64,000 nucleotides of DNA from Gammaproteobacteria bacterium (GCA_965222155.1 CBDCTH010000012.1:2624001-2688000); one strand, 5' to 3'; positions 19,360-29,724 are shown, counted from the first letter of the stretch. Numbers and translations: made by a program. The notes: generated from the letters alone by a model not told the origin.

Positions 19360-21714
19360 GTGCATGCACAAGCTGAACAACAGTATAAACTGGTCCCGGT
19401 GAGTTCCCATTGGGGGAATTACCTGGCCGAGGTCGCTGCCGGCAAACTGGTTGCGATCCACCCTTACGAGTCTGACCCTGACCCGACCCCTATCGGTCAA
19501 TCGCTGTTGAATGCCCAGGATGAGAACGTTCGCATCCCCCGGCCGATGATTCGGCAGGGTTACCTGGAAAAACAGCACAACAGCGATGGCGCCCAACGCG
19601 GTATTGAACCCTTTATACCGGTGTCATGGGACGCGGCGCTTGATTTGGCAGCCGCCGCCCTGCAACGCGTGAGAGAAGAGTTCGGCAATGAAGCGATCTA
19701 CGGCGGCTCATACGGTTGGGCCAGCGCCGGCCGTTTTCACCATGCCACCAGCCAGGTGCATCGGTTTCTTAACACTGTCGGTGGTTATACCTACTCCGTA
19801 AACAGCTACTCTGCCGCTGCTGCCGAGGTGATCATGCCCCATGTGCTGGGCATGAATTTTTTTGATTTGATGTTGCAGGCGCCCACCGTTGCGGACATCG
19901 CAAAACACACCAGGCTGGTCGTGTGTTTCGGCGGTATTGCCATGAAGAACACCCAGATCATGGCCGGCGGTCTGGGGGCGCATACGGCCAGGGACCAGTT
20001 GCACCACTTGCGCCAGACCGGGGTCAGGTTCGTGAACGTCAGTCCGGTAAAGGACGACATGGCGGATTATCTCGACGCAGAGTGGTGGCCGTGCCGGCCC
20101 AACAGCGACGTTGCCGTCATGCTGGGCATAGCCCATACCCTGGTGGCGAACAACCTCCATGACCGGCAATTCCTGGACACTTACTGCACGGGGTTTGAGC
20201 GCTTTCTCCCCTACCTGATGGGCGAGGAGGACGGGATTATCAAGGATGCCCGCTGGGCCGCACAGTCAGCAGAGATACCTACGCAAAGAATCGAGGAAAC
20301 CGCAAAACAAATGGCTGCCGAACGCTGCCTGATCGGTATCAGCTGGTCACTGCAACGGAGTGAGTTCGGCGAGCAATCCTACTGGATGGCGACTTTATTG
20401 AGCGCCATGCTGGGCTACGTGGGTTTGCCCGGCGCTGGCGTCGCTTATGGCTACGGCTCCGTGCATAACATCGGTTTTGCCGGACGGCGCTTGCCCAATT
20501 ACCACACGGCCGCATTGCCGCAGGGAAAGAATGCGGTGAAGACATTTATTCCGGTGGCCAGGATAGCCGATATGCTGTTGAACCCGGGCGGGCAGTTTGA
20601 CTATAACGGGCAGTCCCTGACCTATCCCGAAATTCGACTTGTCTACTGGGCGGGCGGCAACCCCTTCCATCACCACCAGGACTTGAACCGTTTGCGCCGT
20701 GCCTGGGCAAAGCCGGAGACCATCATCGTCAATGAGCCATTCTGGACGGCTAGCGCCCGTCATGCCGACATCGTGTTTCCGTCAACCACATCATTGGAAC
20801 GCAATGATGCCAGTCTCAACTCCTACGATTGCCACCTCGCCCCTATGCCTTGCGCGGTACCGCCCTTCGGACAATCGAGAAATGACTATGACATTTTTTC
20901 CGGCCTGGCAACGCGGCTCGGCGTTGAACCGGAGTTTACCGATGGCAAGGATGAGATGGACTGGGTGAAGCATCTCTATAACACTACGCGGGAAGCGGCG
21001 GCCGGCGTCAACGTTTCATTGCCGGAATTTGATGAATTCTGGAATGGTCGGCATATATCGGTATATGACCAGACCCCGGACCGCGTTTTTACACTGGAGA
21101 AATTCCGTTCCGACCCGGAGGCAAACCCGCTGCACACTCCCTCGGGCCGGATTGAACTGTATTCGGAAAAGATTGCCGGGTTCAACTACGCTGACTGTGC
21201 CGGCCACCCCAGGTGGTACGGCAAACAGGAGTGGCTAGGCGCCGAGCGGGCCGCGGATTACCCGCTGCATTTGATCTCCAATCAGCCGAAAACCAGGTTG
21301 CACAGCCAATATGATCACGGCGTCACCAGCCGCAATGCCAAGCTCAACGGCCGGGCGCCGGCAAGGATGAACCCGCTGGATGCGGCAAAGCGAGATATCA
21401 CACAGGGCGACGTCATCCGCCTGTTCAATGATCGGGGCGCCTGCCTGGCCGGGGTCACCCTCACGGAGAATATCCGCCCGGGCGTGGTCGAACTGGAAAC
21501 CGGCGCCTGGTATGACCCACAGGATGCTGCCGACCCCATGTCCCTTGAGATACATGGAAACCCCAACACATTGACGCGCGACGCCGGCACTTCGAAATTG
21601 GCCCAGGGGCCGACTGCTCACAGTTGCCTGGTGGAGGTGGAGAAATACACCGGCAAGCTGTATCCAATCCGGGTTTTTTCGCAACCGCCTACGGCAAACA
21701 TTGAGCCGTCCTGA
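19360..21714 (+). CDS. Molybdopterin (bis-MGD) oxidoreductase, BisC/TorZ-like cytoplasmic S/N-oxide reductase
   Basis: SSHWG, YGGSYGWASAGRFHHA, YWAGGNPFHHHQD, RLHSQ; no Tat signal seen; start uncertain (GTG 19360). Confidence 0.85.
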   Translation: MHAQAEQQYKLVPVSSHWGNYLAEVAAGKLVAIHPYESDPDPTPIGQSLLNAQDENVRIPRPMIRQGYLEKQHNSDGAQRGIEPFIPVSWDAALDLAAAALQRVREEFGNEAIYGGSYGWASAGRFHHATSQVHRFLNTVGGYTYSVNSYSAAAAEVIMPHVLGMNFFDLMLQAPTVADIAKHTRLVVCFGGIAMKNTQIMAGGLGAHTARDQLHHLRQTGVRFVNVSPVKDDMADYLDAEWWPCRPNSDVAVMLGIAHTLVANNLHDRQFLDTYCTGFERFLPYLMGEEDGIIKDARWAAQSAEIPTQRIEETAKQMAAERCLIGISWSLQRSEFGEQSYWMATLLSAMLGYVGLPGAGVAYGYGSVHNIGFAGRRLPNYHTAALPQGKNAVKTFIPVARIADMLLNPGGQFDYNGQSLTYPEIRLVYWAGGNPFHHHQDLNRLRRAWAKPETIIVNEPFWTASARHADIVFPSTTSLERNDASLNSYDCHLAPMPCAVPPFGQSRNDYDIFSGLATRLGVEPEFTDGKDEMDWVKHLYNTTREAAAGVNVSLPEFDEFWNGRHISVYDQTPDRVFTLEKFRSDPEANPLHTPSGRIELYSEKIAGFNYADCAGHPRWYGKQEWLGAERAADYPLHLISNQPKTRLHSQYDHGVTSRNAKLNGRAPARMNPLDAAKRDITQGDVIRLFNDRGACLAGVTLTENIRPGVVELETGAWYDPQDAADPMSLEIHGNPNTLTRDAGTSKLAQGPTAHSCLVEVEKYTGKLYPIRVFSQPPTANIEPS

Positions 21715-21777
21715 CCTCTTTATGCCAAAAACAAGTCCGGCAACGGCCCTGTGTAGAAAAAACAGTATCGCCAGATT

Positions 21778-21950
21778 ACTGGATTCCTGCCAGCGCAGGA
21801 GTGACGGTTGCTGCCTCCGTCGTCGTTCCGGCGCAGGAGTGACGGTTGCTGCCTCCGTCGTCGTTCCGGCGCAGGCCGGAACCCAGTCTGTTATTGTGTC
21901 GCCGGAGGCGACTCTTTGTTCCACTGGATTCCGGCATTCGCCGGAACGAC
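21778..21950. repeat. Cluster of REP-like family A hairpins, including a 38-bp tandem duplication
   Basis: ACTGGATTCCTGC..GCAGGAGTGAC; GTCGTTCCGGCGCAGGCCGGAACCCAGT; ACTGGATTCCGGCATTCGCCGGAACGAC. Confidence 0.85.
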
Positions 21951-22262
21951 GGCAGGGGGCATTCGCCGGAACGACGGCAGGGGGCATTCGCCGGAACGAC
22001 GGCAGGGGCATTCGCCGGAATGACGGCAGGGGCATTCGCCGGAACGACGACAGGGGCATTCGCCGGAATGACGGCAGGGGCATTCGCCGGAACGACGGCA
22101 GGGGCATTCGCCGGAACGACGGCAGGGGCATTCGCCGGAACGACGGCAGGGGCATTCGCCGGAACGACGGCAGGGGCATTCGCCGGAACGACGGCAGGGG
22201 CATTCGCTGGAACGACGGCAGGGGCATTCGCCGGAACGACGGCAGGGGCATTCGCCGGAATG
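21933..22262 (+). repeat. Tandem array (VNTR) of 24-bp unit GGCATTCGCCGGAACGACGGCAGG, 13 full copies plus 1 partial
   Basis: GCATTCG recurs at 21934, 21959, 21984, then every 24 bp from 22008 to 22248; no spacers. Confidence 0.95.
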
Positions 22263-22327
22263 GCTACTGGTCAGTTTTAAACTGACCTTCTACCCAGGTT
22301 GGAATGAAAAAGTTCAGGAGTTAGTAC

Positions 22328-23512
22328 ATGAATGATCAAATCGTCATCGCGGGTATGGCCCGTACCCCCCAGGGGGGATTACAGGGAAACCTGTCAGCCA
22401 TGCCGGCCCCGCAGTTGGGTGCCATTGCCGTCAAGGCTGCATTGGACAGGGCGAATATAAATCCGGCAGAAGTGGATGAGACCATCATGGGCTGTGTGCT
22501 GCCCGCAGGTCTGCGTCAGGCGCCGGCGCGCCAGGCGTCCATCGGCGCCGGTATACCGGTCAACACGGGCTGCACGACCGTCAATAAGATGTGCGGCTCG
22601 GCCATGAAGGCTGTGATGCTGGGTTTTGACGCCATCCGGGCAGGATCAGCTGATTGTATTGTCGCGGGAGGGATGGAGAGCATGAGCAATGCACCGTACC
22701 TGGTGCTCAAAGCCCGCAGCGGTCTGCGCCTGGGACATGGGGAAATGGTGGATCACATGTTCTTTGACGGCCTGGAAGACGCGTATGATCAAGGCAAGTT
22801 AATGGGGTCGTTTGCGGAAGACTGTGCGAGTAAATACGGTTTTACCCGGGAGATGCAGGATGCCTATGCCATAGAGTCACTGACGCGCGCCCAACGCGCC
22901 ATCAGGGAAGGAAAGTTCAAAGATGAAATCGTCCCGGTTGTGGTTAAAACACGTAAAGGTGAATTCACCGTGGACACCGATGAGCAGCCGGGCAAAGCTA
23001 ATTTACAAAAAATCCCCACGCTGAAACCCGCGTTCGCCAAAGACGGCACTGTGACACCGGCCAATTCCAGTTCCATCTCCGACGGTGCAGCGGCGCTCGT
23101 ATTACTCAGGGAGAATGATGCCCGTTCCCGTGGTTTAAAACCGCTGGCGCGACTGCACGCACACTCAAGCCATGCCCAGGAACCGGGCTGGTTTATCACC
23201 GCGCCGGTGAGGGCGATCAAAAAAGTATTGGAAAAAACCGGCTGGACCGTGGCTGACGTGGACCTGTTTGAAGTGAACGAGGCTTTTGCCGTCGTCGCCA
23301 TGGCGGCCATGCATGAACTGCAGATTCCCCACGACAAACTGAACGTGAACGGCGGCGCCTGCGCTTTGGGGCATCCCATCGGCGCCTCGGGCGCAAGAAT
23401 CATGGTGACATTAATCGCCGCCCTGAAAGACCGCGGATTGAAACGCGGCGTGGCCAGCCTGTGCATAGGCGGTGGTGAAGCGACGGCAGTCGCCCTGGAA
23501 TTAATTCCATAG
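22328..23512 (+). CDS. Acetyl-CoA C-acyltransferase (thiolase)
   Basis: NKMCGS, NEAFA, GHPIGASG, CIGGGEA. Confidence 0.93.
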   Translation: MNDQIVIAGMARTPQGGLQGNLSAMPAPQLGAIAVKAALDRANINPAEVDETIMGCVLPAGLRQAPARQASIGAGIPVNTGCTTVNKMCGSAMKAVMLGFDAIRAGSADCIVAGGMESMSNAPYLVLKARSGLRLGHGEMVDHMFFDGLEDAYDQGKLMGSFAEDCASKYGFTREMQDAYAIESLTRAQRAIREGKFKDEIVPVVVKTRKGEFTVDTDEQPGKANLQKIPTLKPAFAKDGTVTPANSSSISDGAAALVLLRENDARSRGLKPLARLHAHSSHAQEPGWFITAPVRAIKKVLEKTGWTVADVDLFEVNEAFAVVAMAAMHELQIPHDKLNVNGGACALGHPIGASGARIMVTLIAALKDRGLKRGVASLCIGGGEATAVALELIP

Positions 23513-23519
23513 ACAGAGA

Positions 23520-23790
23520 TTTGACATGGATGGACAGGATATACAGGATTTATCTGCAGATAACACAGATTACCGCAGATTTTTTTTGTTATAAGAATAT
23601 CTCATCGGGTTAGAGTAATAATACTGCCAGTGTGGCAGATTGAGACGGTTTACGGGCAGGTATTTTTACTCTGACTCCAAATATCGCACTCTGTGGTTAC
23701 ACAAGCTACAATCAAGTCTGGTAACGCATAATCTGCGTTCATCTGCGTAATCTGCGGATTAATCTTTCATCTGCGTAATCTGCGGATTGA
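23520..23790. repeat. Nested composite of short palindromic repeat families
   Basis: CATGGATGGACAGGATATACAGGAT; (G/A)CAGAT x3 ... ATCTGCG x3 inverted pair enclosing a family B REP (23607-23680). Confidence 0.75.
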
Positions 23791-24661
23791 AATGCTGCAA
23801 CAGTAACCCTGCAACGATCAACGCTAATCCCATAATCGTTGTTACGGCAATCACTTCACCGAGAATCCGGCTTATGAAGATGAGTGAGATAAACGGCGAG
23901 AGGAAAATGAGCGTACTGACTTTTGCCATGGCCTCCGACAAGCGCAACGCGGTTAGCCAGAGGATATAGGTAAAGCCCATTTCAAACAATCCCACGTAAA
24001 TACCGGCCAGGATACCTGTCGTGCCCAGGGAAGACACATCGGACTGAAGCCAGCAGGCAGCCACTATGAACGGGATGCTGAACAGGAAACTGACGAACAG
24101 GCCCAGTATAGGGTCGATGTGGTCTTTTGTTTTTAGCAACCAGTAAAACGCCCAGATTACGGTGCTGCCAAGGGCCAGAAAAATTCCTGCTGTGCTTAAT
24201 TCTCCTGTCTGAAACTGACCGCCGCTGAAGCAGATGATCATGACACCGGAATAACAGATAACGGTGGCGCCGTAATCAAACCGGGTGATCCTGTGCTTCA
24301 GTATGGGCACGGACAGCAGCATCAGCGTAATCGCCCAGGTATAGTTCAATGCCTGGGCAACCTGTGCCGGCAACAGGTCATAGGCCTTGAACAGGATCAG
24401 GTAATAACAGAACGGGTTCAGTATGCCCAGACAGGCCAGCCTTAGATAATCCCGTGTACCCGTGTGGGCCAGCAGAGTTATCCTGCCTGTCGCCAGGACA
24501 ATCACCAGCAGACACAATGTCGCCGTCACGCTTGCGACCAGCAATAACTGGAACACGTCAAGGTAACGCAGCGAGATTTTAAATGCGGTCGCGACAGTGG
24601 ACCATAGCAACACCGCGCTCAGAGCGAACAGGTACGCCTTATGTTGACGGGTCAGGGTCAT
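23759..24661 (-). CDS. DMT/EamA family transporter
   Basis: About 10 hydrophobic segments, LLWSTVATAFK, AQALNYTW. Confidence 0.88.
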   Translation of the reverse strand: MTLTRQHKAYLFALSAVLLWSTVATAFKISLRYLDVFQLLLVASVTATLCLLVIVLATGRITLLAHTGTRDYLRLACLGILNPFCYYLILFKAYDLLPAQVAQALNYTWAITLMLLSVPILKHRITRFDYGATVICYSGVMIICFSGGQFQTGELSTAGIFLALGSTVIWAFYWLLKTKDHIDPILGLFVSFLFSIPFIVAACWLQSDVSSLGTTGILAGIYVGLFEMGFTYILWLTALRLSEAMAKVSTLIFLSPFISLIFISRILGEVIAVTTIMGLALIVAGLLLQHFNPQITQMKD

Positions 24662-24759
24662 TGAACTCCATGCACGGATTAACCAGGTAAAGTTAAATTA
24701 ATAGAACATATCGAATGATTCGTTTATACTGAACGAAATGAATGATATGAGGTGTTGAC

Positions 24760-25020
24760 ATGAAAGCAGTAACCGCGAATGAAGCAAAAACCCAGTTTGG
24801 CGATATGTTGATGAGCGTACAACGGGCGCCTGTTCAAATCAACAAAAACGGTAAACCAGTTGCCGTGATGGTATCAATGGACGATTACGAAAAGATGGAA
24901 GAACTGAAAATTCAGATGCTGAAAGAACGGGTACAACGTGCAAAAACAGAGATTGAAGCCGGGGCAACAACTGAGGGTGACGCTTTTTTCGATGAACTGT
25001 TAGCGAAAAATAACGAGTAG
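24760..25020 (+). CDS. Phd/YefM family antitoxin
   Basis: VTANEAKTQFG..PVQINKNGKPVAVMVS. Confidence 0.9.
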   Translation: MKAVTANEAKTQFGDMLMSVQRAPVQINKNGKPVAVMVSMDDYEKMEELKIQMLKERVQRAKTEIEAGATTEGDAFFDELLAKNNE

Positions 25021-25021
25021 T

Positions 25022-25330
25022 ATGGGTACGTACCGTCTCACCACGGATGCCGGACGGGATTTATCTGGGATACGCGAATTTACGAAAAATCGGTGGGGAA
25101 ATGAACAATCAAGAAAATACCTTGTTGAATTACGCAAAACCCTCACCGTGCTATCTGATAATCCTCTGATAGGAATCCGCCGGAGTGATATTGATGAAGG
25201 CACTTACAGTTTTTCCCACGCAAGTCATGTTATCTATTACTTGCTCGAGAAAAATCATCTTATCGTGACAGGTATTTTACACAGCAGTATGGTGCCGGCA
25301 AATCATTTGAAAGATCGAACGCTGATATAA
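25022..25330 (+). CDS. parE: RelE/ParE family toxin
   Basis: YRLTTDAGRDLSGI..WGNEQSRKY..SHVIYY..ILHSSM. Confidence 0.88.
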   Translation: MGTYRLTTDAGRDLSGIREFTKNRWGNEQSRKYLVELRKTLTVLSDNPLIGIRRSDIDEGTYSFSHASHVIYYLLEKNHLIVTGILHSSMVPANHLKDRTLI

Positions 25331-25334
25331 CGGG

Positions 25335-26099
25335 TCAGCGCGGCGGCATTCTGATCCCCCCATCAATACGAATAGTTTCCGCATTGATATAGTCGTTTTC
25401 AATAATGAATACGGCGAGGCGGGCAACCTCGTCGGGACTGCCCAGGCGCTTCGGGTAGAGGACAGAAGCCTCCAGTGACTGGATGACCTCGTCACCCAGG
25501 CCGTCGAAAATGGGCGTGTGAATTATTCCCGGCGCGATGGTATTAACCCTGATGCCCAGACCGGCCAGGTCTCGGGCGACAGGGACCGTCATGCCGGCTA
25601 TCCCGCCTTTGCTGGCGCTGTATGCCGCCTGGCCGATCTGCCCTTCAAAAGCGGCAACGGATGCGGTATTGATGATCACGCCGCGCCCGCCGTGCTCGTC
25701 CAAAGGTTCGTTTTCGGCCATTTGTGCGGCGGCCAGGCGCAGGACGTTGAAGGTACCGCTCAGGTTGATCCGGATTACCTTGTTGTATAACTCCAGTGAA
25801 TGCGGACCGTCTCTCCCGAGGGTCCTGGCGGCCACTGCAATCCCGGCAAAGTTGCAGCATATATGCAGCGCCCCGAACCTGGCTACCGTGTTGCCGATAG
25901 CGGCGCTCACTGCGTCCTCATCCGCCACGTCAACACGCTGGAACAAAACCCGGTCATGCCCGGCAATCCCGGCATCCTGAACGTCATTCAAATCGAATAC
26001 AGCGACATTGGCGCCGGCATCAACAAGCCGTTTTACCGTTGCCAGACCCAACCCGGATGCACCACCGGTTACTATCGCTGTTTTGCCCGAAATATCCAT
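25335..26099 (-). CDS. SDR family 3-hydroxyacyl-CoA dehydrogenase (type 2)
   Basis: TGGASGLG, NTASVAAFEGQIGQAAYSASK; start reassigned to MDISGK. Confidence 0.9.
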   Translation of the reverse strand: MDISGKTAIVTGGASGLGLATVKRLVDAGANVAVFDLNDVQDAGIAGHDRVLFQRVDVADEDAVSAAIGNTVARFGALHICCNFAGIAVAARTLGRDGPHSLELYNKVIRINLSGTFNVLRLAAAQMAENEPLDEHGGRGVIINTASVAAFEGQIGQAAYSASKGGIAGMTVPVARDLAGLGIRVNTIAPGIIHTPIFDGLGDEVIQSLEASVLYPKRLGSPDEVARLAVFIIENDYINAETIRIDGGIRMPPR

Positions 26100-26161
26100 G
26101 CTGTCCTCCAGGAAGAATTCGGCCGGTAGTGTACCAGTTGTTGCCGATGGCGGACAGTTCG

Positions 26162-27563
26162 AGTATTTTCCAATATGAAATGAGCCTGAAGGGGGTGCGT
26201 GATTCCAACATGAAATGAGCCTGAAATAGTCTGTGTTTCCGTTCATGATAGGAGGATGAAAACGATCATGAATGCAAACGAGTTAACGAGTATTAACCAG
26301 GTACGTGCTTTTTTGTCAGGCACCCAACGGGTGGTTTTTGAGGTGGCCAGTGACAAGCAGAGCCGTTATGACTGGGTACGGCGGACACTGGTGAGGTTCA
26401 ACTACCTGGGCTGTAACAAATCGGACAAGGGGGTACTCATGGGTTACCTGATGAAGGTGAGCGGGTATTCCCTGGCCCAGGTGAAGCGGTTGATTAAGCG
26501 ATACCGGGAGACCGGGAAGCTGGCGCCACGGCAACGCACGGTACGGGGGTTTGCCCGGCGCTATAGCAAGGCGGACATTCGCCTGCTGGCGGCCATGGAC
26601 GAACGCCACAACACCCCCAACGGGCTGACCTTGAAGAAGCTCTGTGAGCGCGCCTATGAGGTGTTCGGCCAGGCCGAGTATGCGCGCCTGGCCGGTATCT
26701 CGGTGTCCCACCTGTACAACCTGCGCCAATCGCAGACCTACCGGCGCCAGCGCCACACGGTGGAGAAGACCCGCCCGGTGGTGCGTGACATCGGTGAGCG
26801 GCGCAAGCCGCAGAGTGACGGTCAACCGGGTTATATTCGCATCGATACCGTGCATCAGGGCGATTTAGACGGGGAAAAAGGCGTCTATCATATCAATGCG
26901 GTGGATGAGGTCACCCAGTTCGAGGTCGTGGTCAGTGTCGAGCGCATCAGCGAGGTGTATCTCATCCCGGCCCTGGAACACCTGCTGGAGGTCTTTCCGT
27001 TCGTGGTCCTGGGATTCCATGCCGATAACGGCTCGGAGTACATCAACCGCCAGGTCGCCCGGCTGCTGGAGAAACTGCGCATCGAGTTCACCAAGTCCCG
27101 CGCCCGGCACAGCAACGACAACGCCCTGGTGGAATGCAAGAACGGCCATGTCGTGCGCAAGCTCCTCGGCCATGCCCATATCCCGCAGCGCTGGGCCGGC
27201 CTGCTCAATGCCTTCCATCGCCAGCACCTCAACCCGTACGTCAACTATCACCGGCCCTGCCTGTTCCCGCACACCGTCACCGACAAGACCGGGAAACAAC
27301 GAAAACGCTATCCCTACCAGTCCCTGATGACCCCGTATGAGAAACTCAAATCCCTCACCGATGCAAAGACGTACTTGAAACCGGGGTTAAGCTTTGCGAT
27401 ACTGGACAGGATCGCTTACCAAATCAGCGACAACGCGGCGGCCGATGCCTTGCAACAGGCGCGCCGGGAACTCTTTACAACCATCCATGAACAGGAATAC
27501 AAACGGGCTTGAGATCGAGTCAGAATCTCTCTCTACAGGCTCATTTTAGAATTGGAAAATACT
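26162..27563 (+). mobile_element. Complete IS with DDE (integrase-core) transposase, ISNCY/IS481-like
   Basis: TIRs AGTATTTTCCAAT..AAATGAGCCTG / CAGGCTCATTT..ATTGGAAAATACT; 5-bp TSD GTTCG at 26157-26161 and 27564-27568. Confidence 0.9.
26256..27512 (+). CDS. DDE transposase (rve-like)
   Basis: IDTVHQGD, FHADNGSEY, NDNALVECKN. Confidence 0.9.
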   Translation: MKTIMNANELTSINQVRAFLSGTQRVVFEVASDKQSRYDWVRRTLVRFNYLGCNKSDKGVLMGYLMKVSGYSLAQVKRLIKRYRETGKLAPRQRTVRGFARRYSKADIRLLAAMDERHNTPNGLTLKKLCERAYEVFGQAEYARLAGISVSHLYNLRQSQTYRRQRHTVEKTRPVVRDIGERRKPQSDGQPGYIRIDTVHQGDLDGEKGVYHINAVDEVTQFEVVVSVERISEVYLIPALEHLLEVFPFVVLGFHADNGSEYINRQVARLLEKLRIEFTKSRARHSNDNALVECKNGHVVRKLLGHAHIPQRWAGLLNAFHRQHLNPYVNYHRPCLFPHTVTDKTGKQRKRYPYQSLMTPYEKLKSLTDAKTYLKPGLSFAILDRIAYQISDNAAADALQQARRELFTTIHEQEYKRA

Positions 27564-27699
27564 GTTCGGTCTACCCTGATCACCATACGCTGACGAGTGA
27601 TACTCGAAAGTTTACGTTTGCCCTGGCCGAAGAGACACGCACACATCTCTATGGCGCTTATAGTAAACTATGGATATTACTCAATGAGGAGAGACCGAT

Positions 27700-28503
27700 A
27701 TGGCAACGACTGCACGAGTGCTGGCACAAGATCCAATCCTGCTCACCGGGGTAAATGCCGGTATAGCGACCCTGACCTTGAACCGGCCCCGTCAATACAA
27801 TGCCTTGTCCGAAGACATGTTGATCGCGCTGCAAGAGGCCCTGGATGATATTGCCGGGGACGATACGATCCGTGTAGTGGTCATCGCGGCAAACGGCAAG
27901 GCCTTTTGTGCGGGACACGACCTCAAGGAAATGCGTTCCAGTGAAGACCGGGCATTTCACCAGGCATTGTTTGACCGCTGCGGGACGATGATGCAAACCA
28001 TCAATAATCTGCCGCAACCGGTCATCGCAAAGGTACAGGGTATTGCCACCGCCGCAGGCTGTCAGATGGTGGCGCAGTGTGACCTGGCGGTCGCCGCGGA
28101 GACTGCCCGCTTTGCCGTGTCCGGCATCAACGTGGGATTGTTCTGCTCCACGCCGGCGGTGCCGTTGAGCCGTAACATGCAGCGCAAGCAGGCCATGCAG
28201 ATGTTGCTGACGGGCGATTTTATTGATGCAGCGACCGCCAGGCAATTCGGCCTGGTCAACATGGTCGCGCCTGTGGAGGAACTGGATTCGGCAGTCTCTT
28301 CAATGGCGGAAAAAATCGCGGCCAAATCCGCATTGGCCGTCAATTTGGGCAAAAAAATGTTTTATCAGCAGGCGAACATGGATTTGAGCGCGGCCTATCA
28401 GTTTGCCGGCGAGCGCATGACCTGCAACATGGACAGCGAGGATGCCCGGGAAGGAATAGACGCCTTTATTGAAAAACGCAAACCGGTCTGGAAAGGCAGG
28501 TAA
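27700..28503 (+). CDS. Enoyl-CoA hydratase
   Basis: FCAGHDLKE, ATAAGCQ, GLFCSTP, FIEKRKPVW. Confidence 0.92.
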   Translation: MATTARVLAQDPILLTGVNAGIATLTLNRPRQYNALSEDMLIALQEALDDIAGDDTIRVVVIAANGKAFCAGHDLKEMRSSEDRAFHQALFDRCGTMMQTINNLPQPVIAKVQGIATAAGCQMVAQCDLAVAAETARFAVSGINVGLFCSTPAVPLSRNMQRKQAMQMLLTGDFIDAATARQFGLVNMVAPVEELDSAVSSMAEKIAAKSALAVNLGKKMFYQQANMDLSAAYQFAGERMTCNMDSEDAREGIDAFIEKRKPVWKGR

Positions 28504-28542
28504 TTTTTGCCTGTCGGGCGTCCTAATCTGCTCCGTACGGAT

Positions 28543-29724
28543 TTATGTGTTGATGATGTTCTCTTCGAGCAGATCGTTGATACGTTCTAGGGTATACCCC
28601 CAATCCAGCAATATCTCTTCTGTATGCTGTCCGGGTTGCGCTGGTGGTGACTGTATCTCCGAACCGGTACGGCTGAAACGGGGTGCCGGCGCAGGTTGTG
28701 AAATTCCATCGACACTGACATAAGCATTCCTTGCCTGTGCATGAGGGTGCCGGGTTGCCTCCGTCAACGTGAGTACCGGTGCGAAACAGGAATCAGTACC
28801 GGCGAATGCCTCACACCACTCATCCCGGGTTCTCGTCAAAAATTTTTTCTGGAGTCGATCGGCAAACTCCGGCCATCGATCCCGGTTGAATTGTTGTGTA
28901 TGCAAGTCCGGGTCAGCTATTTCAAGAATATCCAGCAGCTCCCGGTAAAATCGTCCTTCTATTGCAGCAACAACTACGTATTGATTATCCTTGGTCTGAT
29001 AAGTGTTTACAAAATGGGCGCCGCCATCAAGAATGTTGCTGCCACGCTGTTCTTTCCATATTCCGGCAGCGAGCATCCCGTAAAAAGTTGTCATCATGGA
29101 GGCCGCGCCGTCGACCATCGCTGCATCCACGATTTGCCCTTTACCCGATTTTACCGCCTCCAGCATGGCGGCCAGCAATCCCATTGCAAGATACAGGGCG
29201 CCCCCACCGAAATCGCCGATCAAATTCAGGGGATAGGCCGGCGTTTCATTTCTTTTCCCGATACTACCCAGCACACCGGCGATGCCGATATAGTTGGGAT
29301 CGTGTCCTGCTGTCTTTGCCAGAGGGCCATCCTGTCCCCAACCTGTCATGCGACCGTAGACCAGCCTTTGGTTTCGCCGCAAGCACTCATCAGGACCCAG
29401 TCCGAGGCGTTCCATTACCCCTGGCCGGAAACCTTCGAATAGTGCATCGGCGCGCTCACATAACTCAAGGACAATATCCCTTCCCTGCGGTTTTTTTAAG
29501 TCTATGGCAATTGAGCGCCTGCTCCTGTTCATCAGCTTGTACTCGTCTGGTATGGAAACACCCAGATCAACCGGACCGACGCGTACTACACGCACGATTT
29601 CGGCGCCCATATCCGCCAGTAACATCCCGGTCAGTTGGGTGGGGCCGATACCGGCAATTTCAATGAGCTTGTAACCGGATAACGGTCCCTTGGCAACGCG
29701 GTTGGTAATCGTTTTTTCAGACAT
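28543..29724 (-). CDS. CaiB/BaiF CoA-transferase / alpha-methylacyl-CoA racemase
   Basis: EGFRPGVMERLGLG, RMTGWGQDGP, GHDPNY, GDFGGG. Confidence 0.92.
   Translation of the reverse strand: MSEKTITNRVAKGPLSGYKLIEIAGIGPTQLTGMLLADMGAEIVRVVRVGPVDLGVSIPDEYKLMNRSRRSIAIDLKKPQGRDIVLELCERADALFEGFRPGVMERLGLGPDECLRRNQRLVYGRMTGWGQDGPLAKTAGHDPNYIGIAGVLGSIGKRNETPAYPLNLIGDFGGGALYLAMGLLAAMLEAVKSGKGQIVDAAMVDGAASMMTTFYGMLAAGIWKEQRGSNILDGGAHFVNTYQTKDNQYVVVAAIEGRFYRELLDILEIADPDLHTQQFNRDRWPEFADRLQKKFLTRTRDEWCEAFAGTDSCFAPVLTLTEATRHPHAQARNAYVSVDGISQPAPAPRFSRTGSEIQSPPAQPGQHTEEILLDWGYTLERINDLLEENIINT

Noticed and set aside
21933-22262. CRISPR array
   Set aside because: Units are contiguous with no unique spacers, and there are no cas genes in the window
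21235-22285. Repeat-protein ORFs (21235-22251, 21701-22285, 21846-22280)
   Set aside because: Open only because the 24-bp unit lacks stops; they overlap REP DNA or the antisense of the Mo-enzyme gene
26100-26246. N-terminal extension of the SDR
   Set aside because: Reads through the IS terminal repeats; the real start is MDISGK with a GGAGG RBS
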